64,000 nt of DNA from Alphaproteobacteria bacterium (GTDB lineage Bacteria; Pseudomonadota; Alphaproteobacteria; RF32; CAG-239), in NCBI GenBank assembly GCA_045602545.1, contig JAZSBR010000033.1, positions 14,645-78,644 of the forward strand. Reading direction: 5' to 3'. The notes under the pieces were generated by a model. It was given only the letters and a program-made list of their open reading frames with translations. It was not told the origin of the DNA and ran no database searches. Each line of letters starts with the position of its first letter. Positions within the stretch are counted from its first letter, which is position 1. Below, piece after piece: positions 1 through 8,581 of this stretch. Position numbers and translations under genes: made by a program.

Positions 1-130
1 ATATACTCTTACGAACTTGGGTTATAGCCTGAAACCTGTTTTGGATTCCATGCGTGAATGGGCAGAACAGTATTATAACCAAAATATGAAAGCTTTATTG
101 AAAGCTTAAATTGCTCAATATGAAATAACA

Positions 131-165
131 AAACCCGCCGAAGACAAAATCGGCGGGCTTCATTT
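131..165 (-). terminator. GC hairpin (cccgccgaag...cggcggg) followed by a T-run on the minus strand; likely intrinsic terminator of lpxA
   Basis: Inverted repeat cccgccg/cggcggg at 134-157, just downstream of the lpxA stop; reverse complement is followed by ttttgtt. Confidence 0.45.
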
Positions 166-183
166 TATATCAAACGATATATT

Positions 184-987
184 TTAATTTTGCTCAGCAA
201 TGGTAATGTTGCGCTTGCCGGCCAAAGACTGCTCAATAAATTCAACTTGTTCCATAACCATCGGATTATCGGCAAATTTTTCTTTTGCTTGTGCAACGCG
301 CTCGGCAAAATTACCGTCTTTACCTTTGAAAATAAACATAAAGGCACGGGTGCAGGCTTTGATGGTTTTTTCATCAATACCGCTACGGCTCATACCGATA
401 ACATTAAGACCGCGCAACGAGGCAGGCATTCCGTTGGCAATACCGAACGGAATAATATCGCGCGATATTCCCGAAACACCGCCGACCATAGCCTTGCGTC
501 CGATATGCACAAACTGGTGAACAGCGCAGTTTCCGCCCAAAATAACCCCGTCACCCAAATGAACGTGCCCGCCGATAACCGCGTTATTGGTCATAATCAC
601 ATTGTTTCCAACCACGCAATCATGAGCAATATGCGAGTTAATCATAAACATTCCGTCATTGCCGACCACTGTGGTAAAATGCTCTTTCGGTGTGCCGGAG
701 TGCATGGTAACATTTTCTCTGATGATATTGCGTTCACCGATTATCAGCTTTGCTTCCGGCTGAAATTCATTTCCGTGGTCTTGCGGACCGCAACCCAAGC
801 GCGCCCCCGGAAAAACAATGGTGCCATTACCGATGCTGGTGTTACCATACACCGTAACCTGCCCCAAAAGTTTTACATTTTCGCCGATTTTTGCTTGAGA
901 GCTTATCCAGCACATAGGTCCGATTTCAGCGCTGTCTGCGATTAAAGCTCCGTCTTCAATAATTGCTGAAGGATGAATTTTTGCCAT
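184..987 (-). CDS. lpxA: UDP-N-acetylglucosamine O-acyltransferase LpxA
   Basis: 267 aa; hexapeptide-repeat left-handed beta-helix sequence (IGxxVxIGxxxxI...); N-terminus MAKIHPSAIIEDGALIADSAEIGP is typical of LpxA; lpxI and lpxB lie nearby. Confidence 0.85.
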   Translation of the reverse strand: MAKIHPSAIIEDGALIADSAEIGPMCWISSQAKIGENVKLLGQVTVYGNTSIGNGTIVFPGARLGCGPQDHGNEFQPEAKLIIGERNIIRENVTMHSGTPKEHFTTVVGNDGMFMINSHIAHDCVVGNNVIMTNNAVIGGHVHLGDGVILGGNCAVHQFVHIGRKAMVGGVSGISRDIIPFGIANGMPASLRGLNVIGMSRSGIDEKTIKACTRAFMFIFKGKDGNFAERVAQAKEKFADNPMVMEQVEFIEQSLAGKRNITIAEQN

Positions 988-1175
988 ATTTTTATCTCCG
1001 TTAAAAAATTTTTTTCTGCAAGCAGCTTATTTTTTTTTATATAAAAAAGCAAAACACATAATGTTTCGTTTTATTTCCGCCATAATTTTATACCCACCGA
1101 AAAGCCGTTTGATTTGACTTTTTCTTTCAGCCGTCCTATAAAATAAAAGACTTCATTTTTTTTAGGAGAATATAA

Positions 1176-1484
1176 ATGAAAAAGCTTTTATTGGGTTTGG
1201 TTTTGATTTCCACTGTTTGCGCTTGTGAACACATTTCACAATTTACCGCAGGCGGAGCAGATAATTCTGCAAGAGCAAAAATGCGCACTTGTTTGATTAA
1301 TGATGCAACTGCCAGATATCAGGCCGGAACATTGTTTAATCAAGGTGTTACCGTCACCGCAAAAGAACTTGCCGGAGGTTGTATTAAAAAGCTAGCGCTC
1401 GAATCTGCCGGAATCAGCCAAGAATCACAATCTATGGCAACATCAATCATTCAAAATTTGCAAAACTTCGGTTCTGCACAATAA
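1176..1484 (+). CDS. small secreted protein or lipoprotein, unknown function
   Basis: 102 aa; N-terminal signal peptide MKKLLLGLVLISTVCAC; AGGAGA RBS upstream; terminator hairpin downstream. Confidence 0.5.
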   Translation: MKKLLLGLVLISTVCACEHISQFTAGGADNSARAKMRTCLINDATARYQAGTLFNQGVTVTAKELAGGCIKKLALESAGISQESQSMATSIIQNLQNFGSAQ

Positions 1485-1506
1485 GCTGATTTTTGCCGTT
1501 ATTTAT

Positions 1507-1545
1507 AAAAAGCGCCCTGTCCTTTTTCAGCGCGCTTTTTTTTGC
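1507..1545 (+). terminator. intrinsic terminator (aaagcgcc...gcgcttttttttt)
   Basis: Stem agcgc/gcgct followed by a T8 run, directly after the ORF at 1176..1484. Confidence 0.5.
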
Positions 1546-1848
1546 TTTACAAATAAAAGTTTTTTTGTTATTCTGACAATAGAATGATGTAACATCATTT
1601 CAGAAACTTCGGTTTCGGGGCTTTGAACGGCTCTATATACTCAGAGGTACATAGATACAGTGTCCCTCGGATGCTGTTTTTTTGTATCTGAATATCCCCA
1701 CTTTGGGTGGGGAGCCTGCGTCGTATGTACAAGCATTTTAAATGCTAAAGGATGTAGGAGTCATTGCTGAGTATATGATTGTTCAACTCCCCGCCGCCTC
1801 AAAAAAGGTGGCTTTGTGTTTTTAAAAGTTTTTAGAAAGGACAATGAC
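1546..1848 (+). promoter_or_regulatory. Type A conserved structured 5' leader, copy 1 (candidate promoter TTTACA-N17-TATTCT at 1546-1574, then about 250 nt of structured RNA up to the start codon)
   Basis: About 75% identical to 11771..12077 upstream of a paralogous gene; shared blocks agaaacttcggtttcggggc, cagtgtccctc..gatgctgttttttt, tccccRcWttgGKtgggga hairpin, ttttaaaagttttWagaaaggacaatgaYatg; compensatory changes keep hairpins intact (agcatttt-aaatgct vs ggcttttt-aaagct). Confidence 0.55.
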
Positions 1849-2676
1849 ATGAAAAAAAATGTTTTATTAATGAGTATGATAATACTGTTTAATACAATAT
1901 CCGAATCATCGGCAGATGATATAACACCGACTTCCGGAACTTGTAATACCGACGAAACTTGTTTATGGAGCATAGATTCTGCCGGAACTTTAACCATTTC
2001 CGCCAAAGACGGCGCAAATGATGTTATAATGGATGATTATTATTGCTATGCTAATCCCTGTAACCAATCATCATTAATTTCCCGACCTTGGGAAGCAAGC
2101 TTGCAGCAAATTAAAAGTGTTGTTATTGGTGACAATATTACACATATCGGTGATGATGCCTTCCAGAATGCTTCAAACCTAATATCAATTAGCGGAATGA
2201 AAAATATAAAAACAATCGGAGATGAAGGGGTTTTTGCTTACACCGGTTTAACTGAGATTACAATTCCGGATGGTGTAACATACATTGGTTCAGGTGCATT
2301 TGCCTACACTAAAAAATTGAAAAGTGTAACATTACCTGATACTATCAGCGATATTGGAATAGGAAGCAATGGTCAGAAGCTTTTTAAAGGACAAACTACT
2401 CTTGTTGAAATAAATTGCTTAAACACAAGCGGACAATGCGAAAAATTGCGCGGACTTCTTAAGGATATGATAGGGGATAAAACTTTCAATATCATTTCAC
2501 CTACCTCAAATTGCGAGACTTATAATAGCAAAGGATGCACATCTTGTGAAAAAGAATATTCTCTTGCAGATGGTATGTGCTGGGCAGCTTGGGAAAAAAA
2601 GCATTACACACCGGCTGAGGCTAATCAGTGGCTGAAAGATGACAACAACACCATAACGATTACCTTCAAAAAGTAA
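1849..2676 (+). CDS. secreted BspA-type leucine-rich-repeat protein with conserved C-terminal RYTPAEA...TITFKK domain (family member 1)
   Basis: ATG at 1849 with AAAGGA RBS 8 nt upstream (ORF track start 1816 is probably too early); signal peptide MKKNVLLMSMIILFNTISESSA; LRR_5/BspA-like repeats (ITIPDGVTYIGSGAFAY...VTLPDTISDIG); C-terminus CTSCEKEYSLADGMCWAAWEKKHYTPAEANQWLKDDNNTITITFKK shared with 4 paralogs. Confidence 0.7.
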   Translation: MKKNVLLMSMIILFNTISESSADDITPTSGTCNTDETCLWSIDSAGTLTISAKDGANDVIMDDYYCYANPCNQSSLISRPWEASLQQIKSVVIGDNITHIGDDAFQNASNLISISGMKNIKTIGDEGVFAYTGLTEITIPDGVTYIGSGAFAYTKKLKSVTLPDTISDIGIGSNGQKLFKGQTTLVEINCLNTSGQCEKLRGLLKDMIGDKTFNIISPTSNCETYNSKGCTSCEKEYSLADGMCWAAWEKKHYTPAEANQWLKDDNNTITITFKK

Positions 2677-2679
2677 CCC

Positions 2680-3657
2680 TTACAATTTTTCAATCATCTT
2701 AGCGATTTCGGTGGAAGCATTTAGGGCTTTTTGCGGTTTGAAATCAAAAGCCGATTTATCTTCCAAAGCAATCGCACATTTTGCGTCATAAAGCGAATTC
2801 ACAAAGCGCAAATGCTTTTCGCTTAACCAATCCTTACCGCAGAAAACCCACAAAGGCTTTCCCGGACCCGTTGCCTCGCAACACATTGAAACCGAATCAC
2901 CGGTAACCACCAAATTATCGGCACAAGCCAAATATCCGCCGTAAGGATTTTCGCTTTTATCGCCCCACAAAAATGTGTGTTGTGGAATATCTTTTATTTG
3001 CTCCATAATGATTTTTTGGGCTTCTTCGCCCGTGCGCCTTGAGGTTGTAATCAAAATTGAACCGCCGATTTTTGCTTTCAGCTCTTTTAAGGCTTTGCCG
3101 AGAGCAAGTGCATTTTGCGCCGAAAACGGCTTATTTTTGATTGCCCCGCCGACAATAACCGCCGTCAGCGGACGTGGAAGCGATGAAAAAGTTTCGCTCC
3201 ATTTTGCGCGTTCTTTTTCCAAAAATTCAGCCGTTATCCGGTGTGGACAACCGACAATGTAGTGAATATTCTTCCCCTTGGCTTTTTTTCTGTCATGCTC
3301 CGGCACAATCATCAAATCAAAATCATTTTGCCCCGTTTTTCCGGAATACATAAGCTGAATCAATTTTGTTTTCGGCGACATTTTTTTGATATATCTGGCA
3401 ACCGGAACCGTGCGACGACTGATTGATAAAACATAATCGGGAAACGGCGCTTTTATTTGCTCGGCGTTTTTTTTCGTCAGTCCCAAAAGTGTGCGTCCTC
3501 TGATAAAGTTCGGCAATCCGGCAAATTTATTATATTCCAGATTTTTTTCCTCCACCTCAAACAGGTCTTTATTCAAGGCTCCGATAATTCCCATCGCCTG
3601 CCCCACACTGCCGCGACGATCATCCATTAACGACCAAAAAACTTTTTTCATTCGCAC
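2680..3657 (-). CDS. ELM1/DUF1022-family protein (GT-B-like fold, sometimes annotated nucleoside-diphosphate-sugar epimerase); function unknown
   Basis: 325 aa; ITTSRRT and CPHRI motifs recalled from the ELM1 (PF06258) family; assignment from memory only. Confidence 0.35.
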   Translation of the reverse strand: MRMKKVFWSLMDDRRGSVGQAMGIIGALNKDLFEVEEKNLEYNKFAGLPNFIRGRTLLGLTKKNAEQIKAPFPDYVLSISRRTVPVARYIKKMSPKTKLIQLMYSGKTGQNDFDLMIVPEHDRKKAKGKNIHYIVGCPHRITAEFLEKERAKWSETFSSLPRPLTAVIVGGAIKNKPFSAQNALALGKALKELKAKIGGSILITTSRRTGEEAQKIIMEQIKDIPQHTFLWGDKSENPYGGYLACADNLVVTGDSVSMCCEATGPGKPLWVFCGKDWLSEKHLRFVNSLYDAKCAIALEDKSAFDFKPQKALNASTEIAKMIEKL

Positions 3658-3736
3658 TTCTCTTCATTTAATTTTAATTTTCAGTTTTTATATTATTAGC
3701 ACACGGATATTTTTTTTAAAAGAAAAAGGATGAATT

Positions 3737-4198
3737 ATGCGCACAATTTTATTTATAACAGCTTTGCTTTTTGCAACTCAGAGCTTTTCACAAAGCATAT
3801 ATCGCGGTGCCGTCAAAAGTGTTGACCAACCGCAAAACACATATTCTCAAGCAAGAGTGCCTGCAATAGAAAGACCTGAAACCGGCTTCAAAAATTCTGA
3901 ACGTTCGCAAGAAATGAAAGAAGATATCAAAAATATGCGCGGCATCATGGGTTCTTCTCAGGATGCCATAAAAGCCCGCAATTTATTGATGTTGAAAGAA
4001 GTACTTGATTTTAAGATGCAAGACGCAACGCTTGCGCCTGAAATAGAAAAATTAAAGCAAAATCGCGAGTTTAATACCAAATTATATAAAGCATTAAATC
4101 AGCTTGATAACAAAAAAAATCGCAACAGCAAAAATCAGGAAGTTATAAATATCTTGAATGACGCCGGAAACCGCATTTATAATTCTTTGGCAAATTAA
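3737..4198 (+). CDS. secreted hypothetical protein
   Basis: 153 aa; signal peptide MRTILFITALLFATQSFSQS; AAAGGA RBS. Confidence 0.5.
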   Translation: MRTILFITALLFATQSFSQSIYRGAVKSVDQPQNTYSQARVPAIERPETGFKNSERSQEMKEDIKNMRGIMGSSQDAIKARNLLMLKEVLDFKMQDATLAPEIEKLKQNREFNTKLYKALNQLDNKKNRNSKNQEVINILNDAGNRIYNSLAN

Positions 4199-4273
4199 GA
4201 ATTGTTTAACCGAACTGTGCTAATATGCCCTCAAATTGATAATAACCGCAAGGTTATCTTAAGTGAGGAAACA

Positions 4274-4609
4274 ATGAAAAAATATCTTGCTTTATTTTTG
4301 GTGTTGGTTGCGTGCATATCGTGTCATTCAACAAATAAAGACGAGGCAACCCGTCCGGCTCAAATAAATACCGTTGAAATTAAATCTCCTGACATAAATT
4401 ATCGTGAAAAAATCGTGGTAAAAGGCGGAGATGACAAGCATGTTATATATGAATACAGTGATGTACGCATTGATGATGTTGCAAGCCTTGCCATTGTATA
4501 TTGCGCGCGCATAAACCCTTCATACAAGGCCAATTTGCGCGATATTTATATGTATAAGAATCACAAAAGAAGAGCCACTTTTGATTGCGAATGTATTGCT
4601 AAACAATAA
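4274..4609 (+). CDS. hypothetical lipoprotein
   Basis: ATG at 4274 with GAGGAA RBS; MKKYLALFLVLVACISC lipobox-like signal; the ORF-track start at 4202 lacks an RBS. Confidence 0.5.
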   Translation: MKKYLALFLVLVACISCHSTNKDEATRPAQINTVEIKSPDINYREKIVVKGGDDKHVIYEYSDVRIDDVASLAIVYCARINPSYKANLRDIYMYKNHKRRATFDCECIAKQ

Positions 4610-4645
4610 AATTCTACCTATATAAACCTTTAGGAGTTGATTAAA

Positions 4646-5587
4646 ATGAACAAAGATTTGTATGAGGTATTAGGCTTAAAAAAGACGGCGAGTTCTGCGG
4701 AAATAAAATCCGCATACCGCAAGTTGGCGCGCAAATATCATCCGGACTTAAATAAAGATGATAAGACAGCCGCCGAAAAATTCAAGGAAATTTCCTCGGC
4801 TTATGATATTTTAGGCAATGAAGAAAAGCGCAAAAAATATGACAATAATGAAATTGACGCTGACGGAAAGCCAACCGGATTCGGTGCCGGATTTAACCCG
4901 AATGATTATGCTTCATACGGCTTTAACGGAGCAAATCCGTTCGGGGGCGGTTTTAAGAGTGGCAATTTTGACGGCGCGCAGGGATTTGATTTTTCTTCAA
5001 TTTTCGGAGAGGATATTTTCTCTTCATTTGCCGGCGGAAATGCCCGTGGCGGATTTTCGCGTTCAGCCCGCCCGCAAAAAGGCCAAGATGTGTCATATCG
5101 CTTAAAAGTGAACTTTCTTGACGCCGCAAACGGCGCCGAAAAAACCCTTAATTTAGGCGCAAAAAACATAAATGTAAAAATTCCTGCCGGCACAAAAGAC
5201 GGGCAGACTTTGCGCCTTAAAGGCTTGGGTGCAAGCAGTCCGAACGGCGGTGAAAACGGCGATGCTTTAATAACCGTTAATGTTGCCGAACATCCTTATT
5301 TCAAAAGTGATGAACTTAATGTTTTGCTTGACTTGCCGATTTCCTTAAAAGAAGCGATTATGGGTGCCAAAATCACGGTTCCGACCATCAGCGGCAAGGT
5401 TGCGGTCAAAATTCCTCCGCGCACATCGAGTGGCGAAAAATTGCGCCTGCGCGGTAAGGGCATCAAAACCAAATCAGCAACCGGCGATGAAATCATCAAT
5501 TTGCAAATTGTTTTGCCGAAAGACGGTTCCGCCGAGCTTGAAAAAATGGCGGAAAATCTTGATAATTATGCAGTCAGGAGTTTTTAA
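4646..5587 (+). CDS. cbpA: DnaJ-domain chaperone, CbpA-like (J domain plus DnaJ C-terminal domains, no zinc finger)
   Basis: J-domain [36 protein letters not shown] (HPD motif); Gly/Phe-rich linker; C-terminal DnaJ_C-like beta domains; ATG at 4646 follows an AGGAG RBS (track start 4637 is TTG). Confidence 0.75.
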   Translation: MNKDLYEVLGLKKTASSAEIKSAYRKLARKYHPDLNKDDKTAAEKFKEISSAYDILGNEEKRKKYDNNEIDADGKPTGFGAGFNPNDYASYGFNGANPFGGGFKSGNFDGAQGFDFSSIFGEDIFSSFAGGNARGGFSRSARPQKGQDVSYRLKVNFLDAANGAEKTLNLGAKNINVKIPAGTKDGQTLRLKGLGASSPNGGENGDALITVNVAEHPYFKSDELNVLLDLPISLKEAIMGAKITVPTISGKVAVKIPPRTSSGEKLRLRGKGIKTKSATGDEIINLQIVLPKDGSAELEKMAENLDNYAVRSF

Positions 5588-6153
5588 TGCTGCTTGATGA
5601 CTTGAAAAAATTTGATTGGATTAACGAGCCGGAAAACGTGCGTTTTAATGATTTCGGAATGCTTGTGCGCGCCAAATATCGCACAGATTTTTGGAATTGT
5701 GCGCGCTATGATTTTCAAAAAAACGACGGGCATTTTTTCTTTTGCAAAGGCGAAGGCGATTTTTGTTGCGACATAAATTGGGAATTTGACGTTGCCAAAC
5801 AGTTTGACCAATGCGGAATTATGCTTCGTGCCGATGACGAAAATTGGTTTAAGGCTTCAATTATGTATGACAATCAAACCGAGCCGATGCTTGCCACCAG
5901 CTTAACAACGGCAGGTTTTTCCGATTTGGCAACCATCGCTTTGCCGACAGATACGCACCGCGTTTGGTATCGCATAAAGCGCCGCAAAGATTGCTATATT
6001 GCAAGTTATTCGCTTGATGGCGAAAATTTTTCGCAACTGCGCAAATTTTATCTGCTTAATGAACCGGAGCAACCTTTAATCGGCGCTTATATTTGCGCTC
6101 CTCAACGCGATGATTTCGAAGCCACCCTGCGCGGTATTGAAATCAGCGAATAA
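5587..6153 (+). CDS. DUF1349-like (concanavalin/glucanase-fold) hypothetical protein
   Basis: 188 aa; N-terminal WINEPENV...RT.F motif pattern recalled from DUF1349 proteins; weak. Confidence 0.35.
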   Translation: MLLDDLKKFDWINEPENVRFNDFGMLVRAKYRTDFWNCARYDFQKNDGHFFFCKGEGDFCCDINWEFDVAKQFDQCGIMLRADDENWFKASIMYDNQTEPMLATSLTTAGFSDLATIALPTDTHRVWYRIKRRKDCYIASYSLDGENFSQLRKFYLLNEPEQPLIGAYICAPQRDDFEATLRGIEISE

Positions 6154-6158
6154 GGATT

Positions 6159-7427
6159 TTATTTCTTAAACGTTATCGTCACCTCATTTGTGTTGTCATT
6201 TTTCAACACTTCCGCCGCCTCAGCCGGGGTATAGCGAATGCGGTTACACCATCCGCCCATATCTTTGCAAGATGAGCAACACTTGCGTTTGCTAACATCC
6301 GGCTCACGCACACAGCCAGCTCCGTTCCAAAAGTAATTACCGGAGGTACATTGCTCATAATTTGCCACAACCACATTACCGGCCAATTCCAATGTTTCTC
6401 TTGAATAATCTATGCCGTATTGCTCATATTCGTTAAATAGATTTTTAACGCGAGCGCATGACAGTTCATCTCCCAAACAAATAATCTGCATATTTTGAAT
6501 TGTCTTTTTATTAGTTCCCAAACTTCCAAGCTCTACTTCTTCTAGTGTATCAGGAACTATAATTGAGGGAGAAAAACCACCGGAACCAGCCCTAAAGGCA
6601 AACTCCCCGATTTTTTTCAGCGAATCGGATAGTTTTACGGTTGATATTGCGTTATTCCAAGCAAAGGCTCCTTCATTTATATCAGTTACCGTGTCACTCA
6701 TTTCAACAGCAGTTAACTGGTCACCTGAACGGCAAAAAGCGTATTTTCCGATTGTACTTAAGCCCTCAATTTTCACGGATTTAATTTTTTCTTTATATGC
6801 TTTCCATGGGGCAGTTGTGTATTGTGCATTTGTTTCACTATCTTTGGAGTAAGAATAATTATACATATTTCCACTTCCGGAAACGGATAATTTCCCGCTT
6901 ACTGTATCAAAGCTCCAATCGCAATTGTCACCGCACTTTTCGCAAGCAGTAATGCCATCTTCGCGCAATCCGTTTATGCAACTCACTTTTGTGCCTTCCG
7001 CCCTCGATTCGGCGGTGGTGATGAGCGTGAAAACAAGGGCAAACACCGGAATCGTCATTACGAGGAGCATTCTTTGAATGCGACGTGGTAATCTCATAAA
7101 ACAAGTGACGCTTGTAAATAAGGATTCTTCATTTGCATGAGTACCTTGCTCAGGGAGATAACCACGTCGGACTGAAGTCCTCCTCGTTATGACGTGCCTT
7201 AACAATTTTTCCATCACTTTGGCGGAGTTGCACAGCAACGATGTCAAAGTGCCAACCGCCGAAAGCGGTTTATTCGCACTGCCCTCACTCAACCGCTGAG
7301 TCTGTTTTATATCCGTACATATTGTCGCCGTCCCGCCGACGAGTGTTTCATACGAAACACTCTTGGAAAATTTATAGCAATCCTCGCCTGACTTTTGTGT
7401 TTGCTCTCTATTAAAAATATCATTCAT
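6159..7427 (-). CDS. secreted BspA-type LRR protein with conserved C-terminal domain (family member 2); N-terminal region carries a conserved pre-signal peptide and an in-frame palindromic insert
   Basis: ATG at 7427 with AAGGAAAGG RBS; alternative internal start MTIPVFALVFTLITTAESRA at 7058 (signal peptide shared with the 15165..16463 paralog); LRR_5 repeats; C-terminus CSSCKDMGGWCNRIRYTPAEAAEVLKNDNTNEVTITFKK. Confidence 0.65.
   Translation of the reverse strand: MNDIFNREQTQKSGEDCYKFSKSVSYETLVGGTATICTDIKQTQRLSEGSANKPLSAVGTLTSLLCNSAKVMEKLLRHVITRRTSVRRGYLPEQGTHANEESLFTSVTCFMRLPRRIQRMLLVMTIPVFALVFTLITTAESRAEGTKVSCINGLREDGITACEKCGDNCDWSFDTVSGKLSVSGSGNMYNYSYSKDSETNAQYTTAPWKAYKEKIKSVKIEGLSTIGKYAFCRSGDQLTAVEMSDTVTDINEGAFAWNNAISTVKLSDSLKKIGEFAFRAGSGGFSPSIIVPDTLEEVELGSLGTNKKTIQNMQIICLGDELSCARVKNLFNEYEQYGIDYSRETLELAGNVVVANYEQCTSGNYFWNGAGCVREPDVSKRKCCSSCKDMGGWCNRIRYTPAEAAEVLKNDNTNEVTITFKK
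7053..7194. repeat. palindromic (hairpin) insertion element inside the 5' coding region of the family gene; RPE- or MITE-like
   Basis: Terminal inverted repeats cgtcattacgaggag (7053-7067) and ctcctcgttatgacg (7180-7194); nested inverted repeat gcgacgtggtaatctc / gagataaccacgtcgg; the insert keeps the reading frame open. Confidence 0.5.
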
Positions 7428-7439
7428 TTTAACAGCCCT

Positions 7440-7680
7440 TTCCTTAAAAAAATTAAGCCACTGAGCATAAAAGAAAAACCTCCGAACGGAGGTCGGAAGT
7501 TGACAACTATGATACGATTAATAGTGTAGTATATTTGATAGTACTGTCTTATTCTACTACCTTCCGACCATAAAGTCAGAAGTACACATATCGTATCGAG
7601 GTTGTCACACCTCCGAGCCTTTTATGCTCGTTTAAAAGGTTAACAAAAAAATTTTGCTTTGTAAAGAAAAAAATCTTGCC
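7440..7680 (-). promoter_or_regulatory. Type B conserved structured 5' leader, copy 1 (promoter region plus about 200-nt structured RNA), upstream of the minus-strand family gene
   Basis: Shares with 16470..16745 and 29790..30000 the blocks tctttacaaagcaaaattttttt (promoter), gagcataaaaggctcRgaggt ... cttttatgctc terminal stem, and ggtcggaagg/cttccgacc; several internal stems. Confidence 0.55.
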
Positions 7681-7738
7681 TTTACGGCTTAATCTGCTAA
7701 TATCAGTAAAAAATCAACCCTTTTTACGGGCAAAAAAT

Positions 7739-8581
7739 ATGGATAAAACGCAAAAAAAACTTGGAATTATTGCCGGCGGAGGCACTCTGCCGCAAATTTT
7801 GATTAACCACTGCCTTGATACAAAACGTGAGTTCTTCGTTCTGGCGATTGAGGGAAATGCCGATAAGGCAATTTTTAATCCTTTAATCCCGCACAAATGG
7901 ATAAGAATTGGGCAAGCCGGCACCGGATTTAAGCTTATGCACGAGCAAAACGTTGAAGAAGTTGTGATGATCGGCACCATCAAGCGCCCTACTCTTTCCG
8001 ATTTGGTGCCGGATTTGCGAACAGCCGCGTTTTTTGCAAAAATAGGTCTTAAATCACTCGGAGATGACGGCATTTTGCGCGCTCTGATTAAGGAAATTGA
8101 ATCTGAAAATATGCGCGTTCTCGGCATTCATGAAGTTCTGCCAGAACTGCTGGTAAAAGAAGGCGTTTTAACCAAAGCAAAGCCTGATAAACAAGCTTTG
8201 GCTGATATCAATCGCGGTGTGGAAGTTGCGTTTGAACTCGGGCGCTTGGATGTGGGGCAATCAGTTATTGTGCAACAAGGCTTGGTGCTTGGCGTTGAGG
8301 GCATTGAAGGCACCGATGAGCTTATAAAACGTTGCGGGACATACAAGCGCAAAGGCTCAGGCGGAGTTCTGGTTAAACTGCGCAAACCGCAACAGGATAT
8401 GCGCATTGATTTACCGACCATCGGGGCAAAAACCATTGAACAGCTTCATGTTGCCGGCATGAAGGGACTTGCCATACACAGCGGAAACGCTCTCATTGTT
8501 AATGAGCCGGAAGTTATTGATTTGGCAAATAAATACGGCATTTTCATCAAGGGAATTGTGCCGACGGAGGCTGAAAAATGA
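7739..8581 (+). CDS. lpxI: UDP-2,3-diacylglucosamine hydrolase LpxI (DUF1009)
   Basis: MDKTQKKLGIIAGGGTLPQ... matches the LpxI N-terminus; 4-bp overlap with lpxB downstream; probable start ATG 7739 (track start 7676 lies in the intergenic leader). Confidence 0.75.
   Translation: MDKTQKKLGIIAGGGTLPQILINHCLDTKREFFVLAIEGNADKAIFNPLIPHKWIRIGQAGTGFKLMHEQNVEEVVMIGTIKRPTLSDLVPDLRTAAFFAKIGLKSLGDDGILRALIKEIESENMRVLGIHEVLPELLVKEGVLTKAKPDKQALADINRGVEVAFELGRLDVGQSVIVQQGLVLGVEGIEGTDELIKRCGTYKRKGSGGVLVKLRKPQQDMRIDLPTIGAKTIEQLHVAGMKGLAIHSGNALIVNEPEVIDLANKYGIFIKGIVPTEAEK

Noticed and set aside
190-945. 251-aa and 106-aa ORFs on the plus strand overlapping lpxA
   Set aside because: Antisense shadow ORFs inside a well-supported lpxA gene; no RBS or motif
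1816-1848. ORF-track start for the first family gene (MFLKVFRKDNDM...)
   Set aside because: The ATG at 1849 has the AAAGGA RBS shared by the paralogs and begins a proper signal peptide; the upstream codons lie in the conserved leader RNA
7714-8436. Minus-strand ORFs (137 aa, 102 aa) inside lpxI
   Set aside because: Antisense to a conserved gene; Pro/Ser/Cys-rich translation typical of reverse-frame artefacts
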